Sequence record: NC_106513.1
From: Escherichia phage vB_EcoS_ESCO30
Length of the DNA: 64,000 bases
Direction: 5' to 3' (one strand)
Shown: piece after piece, positions 1 through 9,138 of the stretch
Layout of the letters: the number at the start of each line of letters is the position of its first letter
How positions within the stretch are numbered: position 1 is the stretch's first letter
Position numbers and translations under genes: made by a program
Notes under the pieces: model-generated
Databases searched by the model: none
What the model saw: only the letters and a program-made list of their open reading frames with translations
What the model was told of the DNA's origin: nothing

Positions 1-19
1 CACTATAAAAATTTTTGGG

Positions 20-104
20 GTCGGATTTGCACACTACCAAAAATTGTCGGATTTGCACATACACGCCAGCACGTAACCCTTGGAGCACATGTCGGATTTG
101 CACA
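20..104. repeat. Three direct copies of 14-mer GTCGGATTTGCACA (20-33, 46-59, 91-104)
   Basis: Exact repeats read directly from the sequence; no overlapping ORF with coding support. Confidence 0.8.
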
Positions 105-109
105 AAAGC

Positions 110-127
110 GCAGGGCAATTGCCCTGC
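110..127. repeat. Perfect 18-bp palindrome GCAGGGCAATTGCCCTGC
   Basis: Self-complementary sequence read directly. Confidence 0.8.
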
Positions 128-134
128 TCGCCTG

Positions 135-285
135 AATGCGAATGATAATGAGAATCAATCTCATTTAAAAAGTGAAATGCGAATGATAATGATTCGCATT
201 TAAGAAGGGGAATGAGAACTATTCAAGAAGTGAAATGATTCTCATTTAAAAAGTGGAATGCGAATGATAATGATTCGCATTTAAA
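135..285. repeat. Cluster of short inverted repeats (AAATGCGAAT-N7-ATTCGCATTT at about 175-201 and 257-283; AATGAGAAT/ATTCTCATT variants; further copy at 619-641)
   Basis: Repeated dyad-symmetric motifs read directly; typical appearance of dimeric protein-binding sites. Confidence 0.7.
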
Positions 286-314
286 AACGGAAGTGAGAAA
301 CACTGTTATTTAAG

Positions 315-391
315 TTATCCACAGACTTATTAACAGCACGATTTGACTTGACAGAATCCTAGCCATTTTGAGGCGTTATCCACAGACTTAT
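315..391 (+). promoter_or_regulatory. Two DnaA-box consensus 9-mers (TTATCCACA at 315-323 and 376-384) within a 16-bp direct repeat TTATCCACAGACTTAT
   Basis: Exact match to E. coli DnaA box consensus TTATNCACA; protein binding not demonstrated. Confidence 0.65.
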
Positions 392-404
392 CCCCAAGTT
401 ATTC

Positions 405-424
405 TACTGTATATTTATACAGTA
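405..424. repeat. Palindrome TACTGTATA-TT-TATACAGTA (core copy again at 3671-3686)
   Basis: 9-bp arms, 2-nt spacer; second copy lies next to the reverse-oriented DnaA boxes. Confidence 0.7.
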
Positions 425-680
425 TTCCTACGCAGTGAATAGTTCTAATATAGGCCTAAAACGTCCTGAATCGCATTCTAACGCGTTTAATTTTGGTGGG
501 GATACTAAAACAAGGGCAAAATTGGAGGAGGCTTAAAAATTAATTAGCTCGCTAATGATCACACAAGGCGACACGTAACACCCTAATCATTAGCAGGCTA
601 ACCATCGCGGGCGCGGTCAAATGAGAATGATTCTCATTTGAGAATTGGGGGCACTCCCTGATAGTTGCGCCCCGTGATTA

Positions 681-875
681 TTAGTCTGGTAGTCGATGCG
701 TGATTTTTTCCTCCTCCCCGTAGGAATCGACCAAATACTGATAATAACCATCGTGATCATAAATGACTTTATCATATTCGCCCCGCTCGACCGCTTGCCG
801 GTTTTCCGGCGTATCGGGCACATAGAAAACGTCAACCATTGTGGTAGTTTTAGTTATAATAATTTTATTGCTCAT
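681..875 (-). CDS. Hypothetical pre-early protein (64 aa)
   Basis: ATG start; part of a co-oriented minus-strand gene block; the 17-bp dyad abuts the start. Confidence 0.45.
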   Translation of the reverse strand: MSNKIIITKTTTMVDVFYVPDTPENRQAVERGEYDKVIYDHDGYYQYLVDSYGEEEKITHRLPD

Positions 876-892
876 AATAACGCCCCGTTATT
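876..892. repeat. 17-bp hairpin/dyad AATAACG-CCC-CGTTATT; identical copy at 2044-2060
   Basis: Exact 17-mer found twice, each just upstream of a minus-strand start codon. Confidence 0.7.
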
Positions 893-1085
893 AGTTGGCT
901 ATCTCAAAAATAGCGTTTTCAAGTGTCGCCCTTAGAAACCCATCGCGCCCTACTACGGAATACTTGAGATCGGGTATTTTGTAACGCTCGATTGTTTTGA
1001 GTAATTGATCTTTTTGGGCTTTATATTTTTGCCCTTCTCGCGCTATCGTGTCGCCTTCGGCTTTAACGCAAATCAGTGTAACCAT
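891..1085 (-). CDS. Hypothetical protein (64 aa)
   Basis: ATG start with AGGGGG SD-like upstream; tight spacing with neighbours. Confidence 0.45.
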   Translation of the reverse strand: MVTLICVKAEGDTIAREGQKYKAQKDQLLKTIERYKIPDLKYSVVGRDGFLRATLENAIFEIAN

Positions 1086-1186
1086 AATAACCCCCTAGTA
1101 AATATAATTTTGCCAATAGTGGCGAACGTTATCGCCACCAGCGGAATCATTTGCAGCCTCAACATTACCAACGAAAATATATAATT

Positions 1187-1531
1187 TCATTGTGCCACCT
1201 TTCGAAAAGCTGTTTCAATACTATCCGCAGTGGATTGAATATATGCGCCCTTCATGATCAGGCGCTCGGTGCATACTTTGCGAAAAATATTAATAAAATC
1301 ATCTTCATTTTCTGCAATTAACGCCTCACCCATGACCTGAATATCACAAGATGCGAAGGTCAAAAATTGAAATGCCAGTTCACGGGCAACGACCGCATTA
1401 ATCTTATAATGCGCTTTTCCCTCGTAAATATTAACAACGCCCTTATATTCAGGTGAAAGCTGGTTTAAGTAGTTTGCTAGCAATGCCGGACGGCAATTAG
1501 TAACAAAGCGATTGCCCTCATAAATTACCAT
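1187..1531 (-). CDS. Hypothetical protein (about 114 aa)
   Basis: Track ORF starts at TTG (1546); internal ATG at 1531 is preceded by GGGAGG at good spacing. Confidence 0.5.
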   Translation of the reverse strand: MVIYEGNRFVTNCRPALLANYLNQLSPEYKGVVNIYEGKAHYKINAVVARELAFQFLTFASCDIQVMGEALIAENEDDFINIFRKVCTERLIMKGAYIQSTADSIETAFRKVAQ

Positions 1532-1654
1532 TTTATAACCTCCCAATCAGATAACCAGATAAAAGCATAAAAACCCCTAGTAAAAGGGGGTCATTCTTAA
1601 ATAAGGTGGCGGTAAAACCGCCAACCATTGCAAGGATAACAACAATAACGCTTT

Positions 1655-1867
1655 TCATAGTACCCCACGAAAGGCCGCGTAAAAGGTGGCAAAATATTTA
1701 ACCTTTTCAGCTATCACGTTGCCGCGCTTATCGAATTTTTTCTCGGTAACACGAAAGGCATTTTTATTACGTGCTACATATTCGATTTTACAATCTTCAC
1801 GCTCGAACGTGTTAACGTCCACCAGCTTAAAACCCTTTGAACGAGCAAGAGAAACGTTGCGGATCAT
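1655..1867 (-). CDS. Hypothetical protein (70 aa)
   Basis: ATG with AAAGGAGAA SD immediately upstream. Confidence 0.45.
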   Translation of the reverse strand: MIRNVSLARSKGFKLVDVNTFEREDCKIEYVARNKNAFRVTEKKFDKRGNVIAEKVKYFATFYAAFRGVL

Positions 1868-1869
1868 TT

Positions 1870-2016
1870 TTATTCTCCTTTATTCATGCAGCCCAGCAAA
1901 TAAGAAAAAACAGCGATACCCGCGCCAACAATAACCGCGTGAACGCCGAAAGCTATAGCAAAAAAGGATAAAATAGCGCCCAAGATACCTGCTAAAATAG
2001 CTCGAAAAATAACCAT
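1870..2016 (-). CDS. Small hydrophobic peptide (48 aa, MVIFRAILAGILGAILSFFAIAFGVHAVIVGAGIAVFSYLLGCMNKGE)
   Basis: Hand-translated; below the ORF-track size cut-off; AGGAGA SD upstream; one or two predicted TM helices. Confidence 0.35.
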   Translation of the reverse strand: MVIFRAILAGILGAILSFFAIAFGVHAVIVGAGIAVFSYLLGCMNKGE

Positions 2017-2062
2017 TTTCATTCTCCTAGTTAGCGGGGCGAAAATAACGCCCCGTTATTAC

Positions 2063-2293
2063 TTACATTAAAACAATTTTTGCAGCTTGTTTTTTAGTGC
2101 AGTGTTCAGCTTTTAGGGTATCCAGCAAAAAGCCAGCCGTTTGCTGATCAATCTTATCAGCGTTATACAATTCTTGGATGGTGTTATAAGTTTTAGCAAT
2201 GCCATATTCTTGCACCATTTCGTGAATAATAACGCGGTTAGATACCCAGCCTTGAGCGGTGAACAGATGACTAGCAGAAGAATAAGCAACCAT
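2063..2293 (-). CDS. Hypothetical protein (76 aa)
   Basis: ATG with GGAGG SD upstream. Confidence 0.5.
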   Translation of the reverse strand: MVAYSSASHLFTAQGWVSNRVIIHEMVQEYGIAKTYNTIQELYNADKIDQQTAGFLLDTLKAEHCTKKQAAKIVLM

Positions 2294-2412
2294 TTTAAGC
2301 CTCCAATTTTTTTTGGGAAATTTTCAACCGTCCTCAAACGGTGTAAAGGCATTATAACAAAAAAGGCCACCAATTATGGCGGCCTTTACAAAACTTTACA
2401 TTAAATTAGTTA

Positions 2413-3405
2413 TTACTCGCTTTCGGTGTTAACGGTAAAAGTAGAAATATCAATACCTTTCACCATTTCGTCAATCATTTCAGCGATGTTAAAACTTTGC
2501 ACCATTTCTAACATAGCCGCTTCCATAGCTGCGCCTGCTACCGCTTTCGCTTTCTGGTTATTCGGGGCGTACTGGTCAACCGCTACGCTCAGCAGGTTGG
2601 CAATAACTACCCGACCAATCGGCGTATCAATATAACCTTTAATCATAAACGGCGCTTTTTTAGCCGCTACTTTCGTGATTTGAGTTAATGCAATTTTACC
2701 CGCTTCCAGTTTTGCAGCATTTACAACAGCGGATTTATTAGCGGCAACGATGTTAGCAATCTTGGTCATGGTGTTTTTTCCTTTGTTTTCAGTAGTTTGA
2801 GTTTTAACGCTTTGAGTGTTAGAATTTACAGCACGTTTTTCTGTATTGTCAATGGGCTGATCTTCCTCTTTCCAGAAAGTAAAACCAGCCTCCTCTATTA
2901 AATCATTATATACATACGGGTATAATTCCGACGGTAGCAAAAAATTGCCGTCATCATCAAAGGCCATTACAGCCGCCAGACGATAACCGTCATAATCTGA
3001 CCGATTCCAGCCAACTGATAAATAACGCCAAAATGAATCGAGAAAGTTTTCTACGTCATAAAGATCATTATCATTAGCCTCATAGTTTTCTATTGAAAAA
3101 CCTTCTAAGCCCGCCCCAGTATCATAGGCTTTTACTGTGTTGCCTTTTACGATTATGAAATCAGTATCCGGCCCCCGACTAGTGAGCAATTGATAATCCT
3201 GATTATACAAAACAAGCGTTGCCCCTTGTTTATATAACGGTAGAAAACTATTCATATTATAAGCGTCATATTCATCAAAAAAGTTTTGATGAATAGTTTC
3301 AATATTGAAAACAAAATGCCGGATGCTGGTTGTTCTGCTACCATCCAGCAGGTTACGCAGCGCACCTTTTAAGACGGTTGCGTTATCTGGTTTATATAGC
3401 CTCAT
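2413..3405 (-). CDS. Hypothetical pre-early protein (330 aa) with Ala/Lys-rich C-terminal region
   Basis: Long ORF, ATG start, GAGAGGG SD-like upstream; no motif recognised. Confidence 0.6.
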   Translation of the reverse strand: MRLYKPDNATVLKGALRNLLDGSRTTSIRHFVFNIETIHQNFFDEYDAYNMNSFLPLYKQGATLVLYNQDYQLLTSRGPDTDFIIVKGNTVKAYDTGAGLEGFSIENYEANDNDLYDVENFLDSFWRYLSVGWNRSDYDGYRLAAVMAFDDDGNFLLPSELYPYVYNDLIEEAGFTFWKEEDQPIDNTEKRAVNSNTQSVKTQTTENKGKNTMTKIANIVAANKSAVVNAAKLEAGKIALTQITKVAAKKAPFMIKGYIDTPIGRVVIANLLSVAVDQYAPNNQKAKAVAGAAMEAAMLEMVQSFNIAEMIDEMVKGIDISTFTVNTESE

Positions 3406-3670
3406 TTGTTGGCCCTCTCGTTAATCGGTGAGTAAATGATAAGGGTAATTTTCTAGCATAGGCAAAGATTATTTTACTTTTTTATTTTCCTTGCCTAGCG
3501 CCTAGTTTTATGCTAACCGCGCAGCGGCATAGTAAAGAGCAAAACACGGCGAAGCCACCAGGGCGACGCGTTGCGGCTTTACTTTAATATTACCCTACAG
3601 CGTTTTGCTCGTTAGAAAGCGATTTAGGCCGCTTATTTTGGGCATCATTATAATATGTTTCCCATTTACC

Positions 3671-3790
3671 CTGTATATTTATACAGTAGGATAACCTGTG
3701 GATAAGTCTGTGTAAAAGTGCTATAAAGCCTTCCTATTGTGTCAATCAAATTTACAAAATGTATAAACCTGTGGATAACGTTGTGGATAA
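3671..3790 (-). promoter_or_regulatory. Palindrome CTGTATATTTATACAG plus three reverse-oriented DnaA boxes (about 3697-3705, 3770-3778, 3782-3790)
   Basis: Reverse complement gives TTATCCACA three times; mirror image of the 315-424 module. Confidence 0.65.
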
Positions 3791-3897
3791 CTTAAATGAT
3801 AGTGGTTCTCACTACAGTAAAAACTTATTAGGTAGTCTGCTAACTATTTTGTTATAATATAATAGAGATTAAACTAATAACATAAGGAAACTATAAC

Positions 3898-4425
3898 ATG
3901 GGTAAATATAAACATATTGATTATGAGACTGTTAATAAATACTTTTATTATGATGAATCATCGCCATCATTTCTAAGGTGGAAAGTAACGCGAGGAAATA
4001 AAAAGGCCGGTGATATTGCCGGATGTATTAATAACGATGGTTACTATACCGTAGGTTATGATTACGGTGTTTACAGTGTGCATCGTATCATATGGGTATT
4101 ATTTCATGGTGAAATAGATAGCGCCTTATTAATTGATCATATAGATAATAACCGGCTAAATAATAACATTAAAAACTTACGTTTAGTTGATCATATGCAG
4201 AATAATAATAATCGTGTTAATAGTAAGCGTGATAATGATTTACCTCGTTTTATTTATCGTAGTAGTAATGGCAAGCGTGATAGTAACGGACGTGATTATT
4301 TGCTGGCTCAAATTAGGATTCCTAATAGTAAGCGGCGCATTAGTAAGTCTGGTTATGATTTACCTACGTTACTAGATTGGGTGATCAAAAAATGTGCAGA
4401 GCATGGCATTCAGTATAATATTTAA
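3898..4425 (+). CDS. HNH homing endonuclease (175 aa)
   Basis: N-terminal YYDESSPSFLRWK and HRIIW motifs, DHIDNN...NLRLV HNH-type core; very AT-rich. Confidence 0.7.
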   Translation: MGKYKHIDYETVNKYFYYDESSPSFLRWKVTRGNKKAGDIAGCINNDGYYTVGYDYGVYSVHRIIWVLFHGEIDSALLIDHIDNNRLNNNIKNLRLVDHMQNNNNRVNSKRDNDLPRFIYRSSNGKRDSNGRDYLLAQIRIPNSKRRISKSGYDLPTLLDWVIKKCAEHGIQYNI

Positions 4426-4460
4426 AAGTCAAATATTTTATTTAATAAATTAACGCAATG

Positions 4461-4490
4461 CCCCTTGATTTTTATAAGTCAAGGGGTTTT
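4461..4490 (+). terminator. Rho-independent terminator-like hairpin (CCCCTTGA...TCAAGGGG + TTTT)
   Basis: GC stem followed by T-run just after the HNH stop. Confidence 0.6.
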
Positions 4491-4885
4491 CGTATTTATT
4501 TCATTTTTGCTTTTGTTAAATACTTGTTACATCGAAAATAAGCGGCCTAAAACGCCCTAGAAAGCGATAAAGTTTTCAGCCATCCCATCATAAGGGGGCA
4601 GCCCGTTTATCGTCACCTGATGGATTCTAGAAAAATCAAGTAGGGCAAGGCAAATATAAATGAAAAAATTACTTGCCTATCTGCTCGGTTTTATGGTATT
4701 CGCGCGCCCGTTTCTTTTAATTTTAGGTGAGCGCCGGACGCGGTGCGAGTATTTGCTTTCTTTACATTTCTTTACAAAAACAAGGTTGCACCTTTTTCGT
4801 TGTTTGCTATTATTTATCTCGTAGGGCGGCAATGACGAACTACACGGCGGTAAACTTCCCGCCGCGCTCTTTAAAAATTGGGTAT

Positions 4886-5164
4886 ATCTTAAAGCCTATC
4901 GGCGGTAAACTTATATATTATAAGGAATCGCAGATATGAAACAAACGCTTTTAATAACTGGTAAACCAGCTAAAAAATTGGATGGCAATACTAAAAAATT
5001 GTTGACAATAGCCCAGCAATCCGTAAAATACCGATTTGCGCAGTACAAGAAAGGCCGCCAGCAAGGTCTGGAAATGATCTGGCGCAATATTATGATCGAC
5101 CTGAAGGAAAATCATAAAAAACTGCAAAAAATAGTTTGACTTCCTAGCCGATAGGCTTTAAGAT
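4886..5164. repeat. Perfect 18-bp inverted repeat pair ATCTTAAAGCCTATCGGC (4886-4903) and its reverse complement (5147-5164) flanking ORF 4936-5139
   Basis: Read directly; right copy overlaps a TTGACT-17-TAAGAT promoter-like element. Confidence 0.7.
4936..5139 (+). CDS. Small basic protein (67 aa), flanked by the 18-bp inverted repeats
   Basis: ATG with AAGGA SD-like; Lys/Arg-rich. Confidence 0.4.
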   Translation: MKQTLLITGKPAKKLDGNTKKLLTIAQQSVKYRFAQYKKGRQQGLEMIWRNIMIDLKENHKKLQKIV

Positions 5165-5367
5165 GTACCCAGTTCGATAAGAGTGATAACTTGATAAAAT
5201 TTGACGGTCGGCACTTACCATAATGTGTCCCGCCCCCTAACTGGGATATAGCGGCCTGCGAGGAGTTCTTTAAATTGATTATAATGGCGAGTGGATTTTT
5301 TCTTATTATCTGCTACTTTCTAGCAGATAATGCGGAACAATCCGCTTAATAAACTGGAGTTTATACC

Positions 5368-5619
5368 ATGAAAAACGTTATTACCACGCCTAAAATTGGT
5401 CAATCCGTTTTCATTCCTTTCGTTACTAAAACGGACGAATTAACCGGAAAGGCCGAACGCATTAAAGGTGCGGCGCTTATGCCGTTTGATGTAATTGATG
5501 CGGTATACGCTGAAACGGAACGGAGTAACAACGGAAAAACTGTTTACAACGTTCGCGTTAAATCCGGCGACGTTGTAAAGGTTGCCCAGCGTAACGAAAA
5601 ATGGGAAGCTGTAGCGTAA
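5368..5619 (+). CDS. Hypothetical protein (83 aa)
   Basis: ATG with CTGGAG SD-like; followed by a hairpin at about 5631-5660. Confidence 0.5.
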   Translation: MKNVITTPKIGQSVFIPFVTKTDELTGKAERIKGAALMPFDVIDAVYAETERSNNGKTVYNVRVKSGDVVKVAQRNEKWEAVA

Positions 5620-5715
5620 TAGTGTTACTTTTATATGCCCCAGTAGTTCGGGGCATATAACGATTAACATTATGTTAATCTTATCCCTTAAATTAAATTA
5701 ACAGGAGCTATAATC

Positions 5716-6123
5716 ATGACTAACGTTAAAACCGCAAAATTTGCATGGAATGAAGAAAACACCCAAAAAGCTGTTTCTATGTATCAGCAATTAATCAACG
5801 AAAACGGTTTAGATTTCGCAAATAGCGACGGTTTAAAAGAGATTGCAAAAGCAGTGGGCGCGGCTTCTCCCGTGTCTGTTCGCTCAAAATTGACCAGCGC
5901 GAAAGCGTATCAGAAAAGCGATAAGCCTCGTAAAGTTGGCGGCGGTAGTTCTATCCGCAAAGCGCATTATGTGCGCGTTATTGCAAAACATGCGATCGAT
6001 TCCGGCATTATCAAAGACGCCGACGATCTGGCATCACTGGAAAGTGCAAAATTGGAAACGCTGGACGCCGTGGCGCAACTATTGGGCGTTGCCGATGAAG
6101 TAAAACAGGCCGCAGGCGAATAA
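5716..6123 (+). CDS. Putative HTH DNA-binding protein (135 aa)
   Basis: Motif EIAKAVGAASPVSVRSKLTSAK resembles the HTH module repeated in ORF 52460-53227. Confidence 0.5.
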   Translation: MTNVKTAKFAWNEENTQKAVSMYQQLINENGLDFANSDGLKEIAKAVGAASPVSVRSKLTSAKAYQKSDKPRKVGGGSSIRKAHYVRVIAKHAIDSGIIKDADDLASLESAKLETLDAVAQLLGVADEVKQAAGE

Positions 6124-6180
6124 ATTTAAATAGCGGGGAATATTCCCCGCTATAATTTCCCTTTGACTGGAGTTATTAAA

Positions 6181-6378
6181 ATGATCTTTTACCCCACTGA
6201 ATCACTAATTTTGGGCTTGTTTATTATGGCGGCCTCGTTATTGTTCGCATACTTCCAAAATGATCTGGATTCGTATTATTTTAAGCGCAAATCTAAGTTA
6301 GCGAAGCGGTTAGGCTTACTTTGTTTAATCGCCGCCGTTGTTTGCGGTGTTAGTTCTAGCCTGATGCCGATTAGTTAA
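6181..6378 (+). CDS. Small membrane protein (about 65 aa)
   Basis: Internal ATG at 6181 with CTGGAG SD; two hydrophobic segments. Confidence 0.4.
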   Translation: MIFYPTESLILGLFIMAASLLFAYFQNDLDSYYFKRKSKLAKRLGLLCLIAAVVCGVSSSLMPIS

Positions 6379-6475
6379 ATATTGCAAATTATAACGCCTA
6401 TTATTCAAGGCGTTATATCTGGCAATATTTGCCAATAACAAACGTTTTTTAATCCCTTTAACGGAGTTTATTACT

Positions 6476-8143
6476 ATGGTTATTTCCGCAGAAAAACAAT
6501 CCCAGATCATTAAACTTGCCGCTGATTTCAATTTCTATGGTAAACGTCTGCGCGCTACTAAACTGGAGGTCTGCGACGATATTTCAAAAGCGGTTTACGA
6601 TACTGCAAAATATTCCACCGCTATCTGCGACTGGTTGGAAGCAAATAAACCAGCGAAACCAAAAGCGGCGAAAGTAGCAAAAGCCATAAAAAACGACGAG
6701 CGCCCCGAAGCGGCTGGGATTGTTTCTAGTACCGTGGAACAGTGGGAAGTAAAACAAGGTAAACGCTTTATTATTACATCGATTCAGAATAATACTTTTC
6801 CTCATAAAAACTTTTTAGCCGCGCTTGAACAATATGCCCAATTTATCGGTGCTGATTTGCTGGTTAGCAAGTATATTTATAATAAAAACGGATTCCAAAA
6901 TGGTGAGGGCGCGGACGGAATCAAATATGATTCTGCGTTTGATAAATATATCTGCAATAAAAACGTGTTTTTGAATAATCGCCGTTTTGCTTTCATGGCT
7001 GAGATTAACGTGTTACCAACTGCAGATTATCCGCTGTCTGGATTCGCAGAAACTGCAACGGCTTTAAATATTGAAGGTCTGGCAATTGGTCACGCTAAAA
7101 TCACCGCCGAAAGCGTGCCAGCTTTAAAAGGTGAAGTAGTGCGCCGTATGTACTCAACCGGAACGGCGACGTTAAAAAACTACATTCAGCAGAAAGCAGG
7201 ACAAAAGGCCGAAGCGCTGCATAATTTCGGCGCGTTGATTGTCGAGTTCGATGAGGACGGTGAGTTTTTTGTTCGCCAGCTTGAAACAATGGATGAAAGC
7301 GGCATGTTTTATGATCTGAATGTTTGCGCTACTCCCGCCGGATGTTTTGAAACGTCCGATCATGTTTTAGGCTTGCAATATGGCGACATACACGCCGAAA
7401 AATTGGATGACGCTTGCGCCGTTGCGTCATGGGCTGGCGAAAATAGCTTGCTTGATATTCTCAAGCCTAAATATCAGTTTATCCATGACGTTCACGATTT
7501 TACATCGCGCAACCATCACAACCGCGCTTCTGGTGTATTCCTAGCAAAACAGTATGCCGCCGGACGTGATAAAGTTCTGGATGATCTCATCGATACCGGA
7601 CGCGTGCTGGAGTCAATGGAACGTGATTTTAGTCAAACAATCATTGTTGAATCAAACCACGATCTGGCGCTATCCCGTTGGCTGGATGATCGTAATGCTA
7701 ACATTAAAGACGACCCAGCAAACGCGGAACTATATCACCGCCTTAATGCTGCAATTTACGCGGCAATCGGTGATCATGACGATACTTTCAACGTGCTAGA
7801 TTATGCGTTGCGCAAGGTTGCAGGTTGTGAGTTTAATGCCATTTTCCTAACGACTGATCAATCTTTCAAGATTGCAGGCATTGAATGCGGCGTACACGGT
7901 CACAATGGCATAAACGGGAGCCGTGGCAATCCGAAGCAATTTAAGAAATTGGGCAAATTAAACACGGGGCACACTCATACCGCCAGTATTTACGGCGGCG
8001 TTTATACTGCTGGCGTGTCTGGTAGTCTGGACATGGGTTACAACGTTGGCGCGTCAAGCTGGACGCAAACGCATGTTATTACCTATGCAACCGGTCAGCG
8101 TACTCTGATCGACTTTAAGAATGGTAAATTTTTTGTACAGTAA
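6476..8143 (+). CDS. A1: A1-like pre-early protein, calcineurin/Mre11-type metallophosphatase nuclease (555 aa)
   Basis: Metallophosphoesterase motifs GDIHAE, ESNHD, GHTHT; size and position match my memory of T5 A1 (about 556 aa). Confidence 0.7.
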   Translation: MVISAEKQSQIIKLAADFNFYGKRLRATKLEVCDDISKAVYDTAKYSTAICDWLEANKPAKPKAAKVAKAIKNDERPEAAGIVSSTVEQWEVKQGKRFIITSIQNNTFPHKNFLAALEQYAQFIGADLLVSKYIYNKNGFQNGEGADGIKYDSAFDKYICNKNVFLNNRRFAFMAEINVLPTADYPLSGFAETATALNIEGLAIGHAKITAESVPALKGEVVRRMYSTGTATLKNYIQQKAGQKAEALHNFGALIVEFDEDGEFFVRQLETMDESGMFYDLNVCATPAGCFETSDHVLGLQYGDIHAEKLDDACAVASWAGENSLLDILKPKYQFIHDVHDFTSRNHHNRASGVFLAKQYAAGRDKVLDDLIDTGRVLESMERDFSQTIIVESNHDLALSRWLDDRNANIKDDPANAELYHRLNAAIYAAIGDHDDTFNVLDYALRKVAGCEFNAIFLTTDQSFKIAGIECGVHGHNGINGSRGNPKQFKKLGKLNTGHTHTASIYGGVYTAGVSGSLDMGYNVGASSWTQTHVITYATGQRTLIDFKNGKFFVQ

Positions 8144-8213
8144 GCCAATAAATTAAAACCTTATTTGCCTAAATCCTCCAATTAATGAGATAATATTAAT
8201 TGGAGGAATATAA

Positions 8214-8723
8214 ATGGCAAAAGAAATAGATTTTAATGAAGTTAACGAGAATGTTTATTATGATGAATCTAGCCCATCATTTTTACGATGGAAAATAAGT
8301 AAGCCCGGTGTAAAAGCGGGAAGTGTAGCGGGAACATTAAATCAGACAGGCTATTATGATGTAATGATTAACGGTGAATTATATAAAGCTCATCGTTTAA
8401 TTTGGGTTTTATTTAATAAAGAAATTAACCCTGATTTAGATATAGATCATAAAGTAATTTCTTACCCCGTTAACAACGATATAAATAATTTACGCCTAGT
8501 TACTCATGCGGTTAATATGACAAATAAGAGTGATTATAAAAGGCGTAATAAACTACCGAAATATATTTATCTTGATAAAGTTGATCCCATAGCGGGAGAA
8601 TATTACAGGGCAAAAATTAAAAACCCTATAACAAATAAATATGTTTCAAAAGGCAATTATGATTTATCTATTCTTTTAGAATGGGTTAAATCAAAGTGTA
8701 AAGAATTTAATATCCCTTATTAA
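8214..8723 (+). CDS. HNH homing endonuclease (169 aa), paralog of 3898-4425
   Basis: Shares YYDESSPSFLRWK, HRLIWVLF and NNLRLV motifs with 3898-4425; GGAGG SD. Confidence 0.7.
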   Translation: MAKEIDFNEVNENVYYDESSPSFLRWKISKPGVKAGSVAGTLNQTGYYDVMINGELYKAHRLIWVLFNKEINPDLDIDHKVISYPVNNDINNLRLVTHAVNMTNKSDYKRRNKLPKYIYLDKVDPIAGEYYRAKIKNPITNKYVSKGNYDLSILLEWVKSKCKEFNIPY

Positions 8724-8742
8724 ATTAATTGGAGTTATAAAC

Positions 8743-9138
8743 ATGGCTATTTCTAACCGTATTCCATTCGATCGCGCTCAATCCTCAATTGTTCTGGTTT
8801 ATTCTAATGGTGAACGTTACCACGTCGAGGCGGGGCACGTTATTGATGAGCTATTGGACTTTAACGACGGCTTGCAGGTTACTACCTTTGCATATACCAC
8901 GGGCAAACTATCAAGCCGCATCAAGGCGAAAGGCGTTTATATTGACACGGTGAAACAAGAAACGATTATCATCGACGCCGTAAAATCCGGCCTTGCCTTT
9001 GCAGTTGTCGCGCCTTGCCCCGCTTGCCTTGATGATCAATTGATCAGCGCAAAAGTATATACTTGTGCGGGGATTCGTTCCAGCGTATCAGGTGAGGATG
9101 TTAGTTTTATCGCTGATGCGTTAGCATATGGCCTTTGA
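8743..9138 (+). CDS. Hypothetical pre-early protein (131 aa), possible A2 equivalent
   Basis: ATG with TGGAG SD; follows A1-like gene; assignment by position only. Confidence 0.5.
   Translation: MAISNRIPFDRAQSSIVLVYSNGERYHVEAGHVIDELLDFNDGLQVTTFAYTTGKLSSRIKAKGVYIDTVKQETIIIDAVKSGLAFAVVAPCPACLDDQLISAKVYTCAGIRSSVSGEDVSFIADALAYGL

Noticed and set aside
2113-2373. ORF 2113-2373 (-) overlapping ORF 2063-2293
   Set aside because: Alternative frame; 2063-2293 has an ATG preceded by GGAGG and fits operon spacing better.
4727-4939. ORF 4727-4939 (+)
   Set aside because: Lies in an intergenic repeat and promoter region, has no SD and an odd composition; likely spurious.
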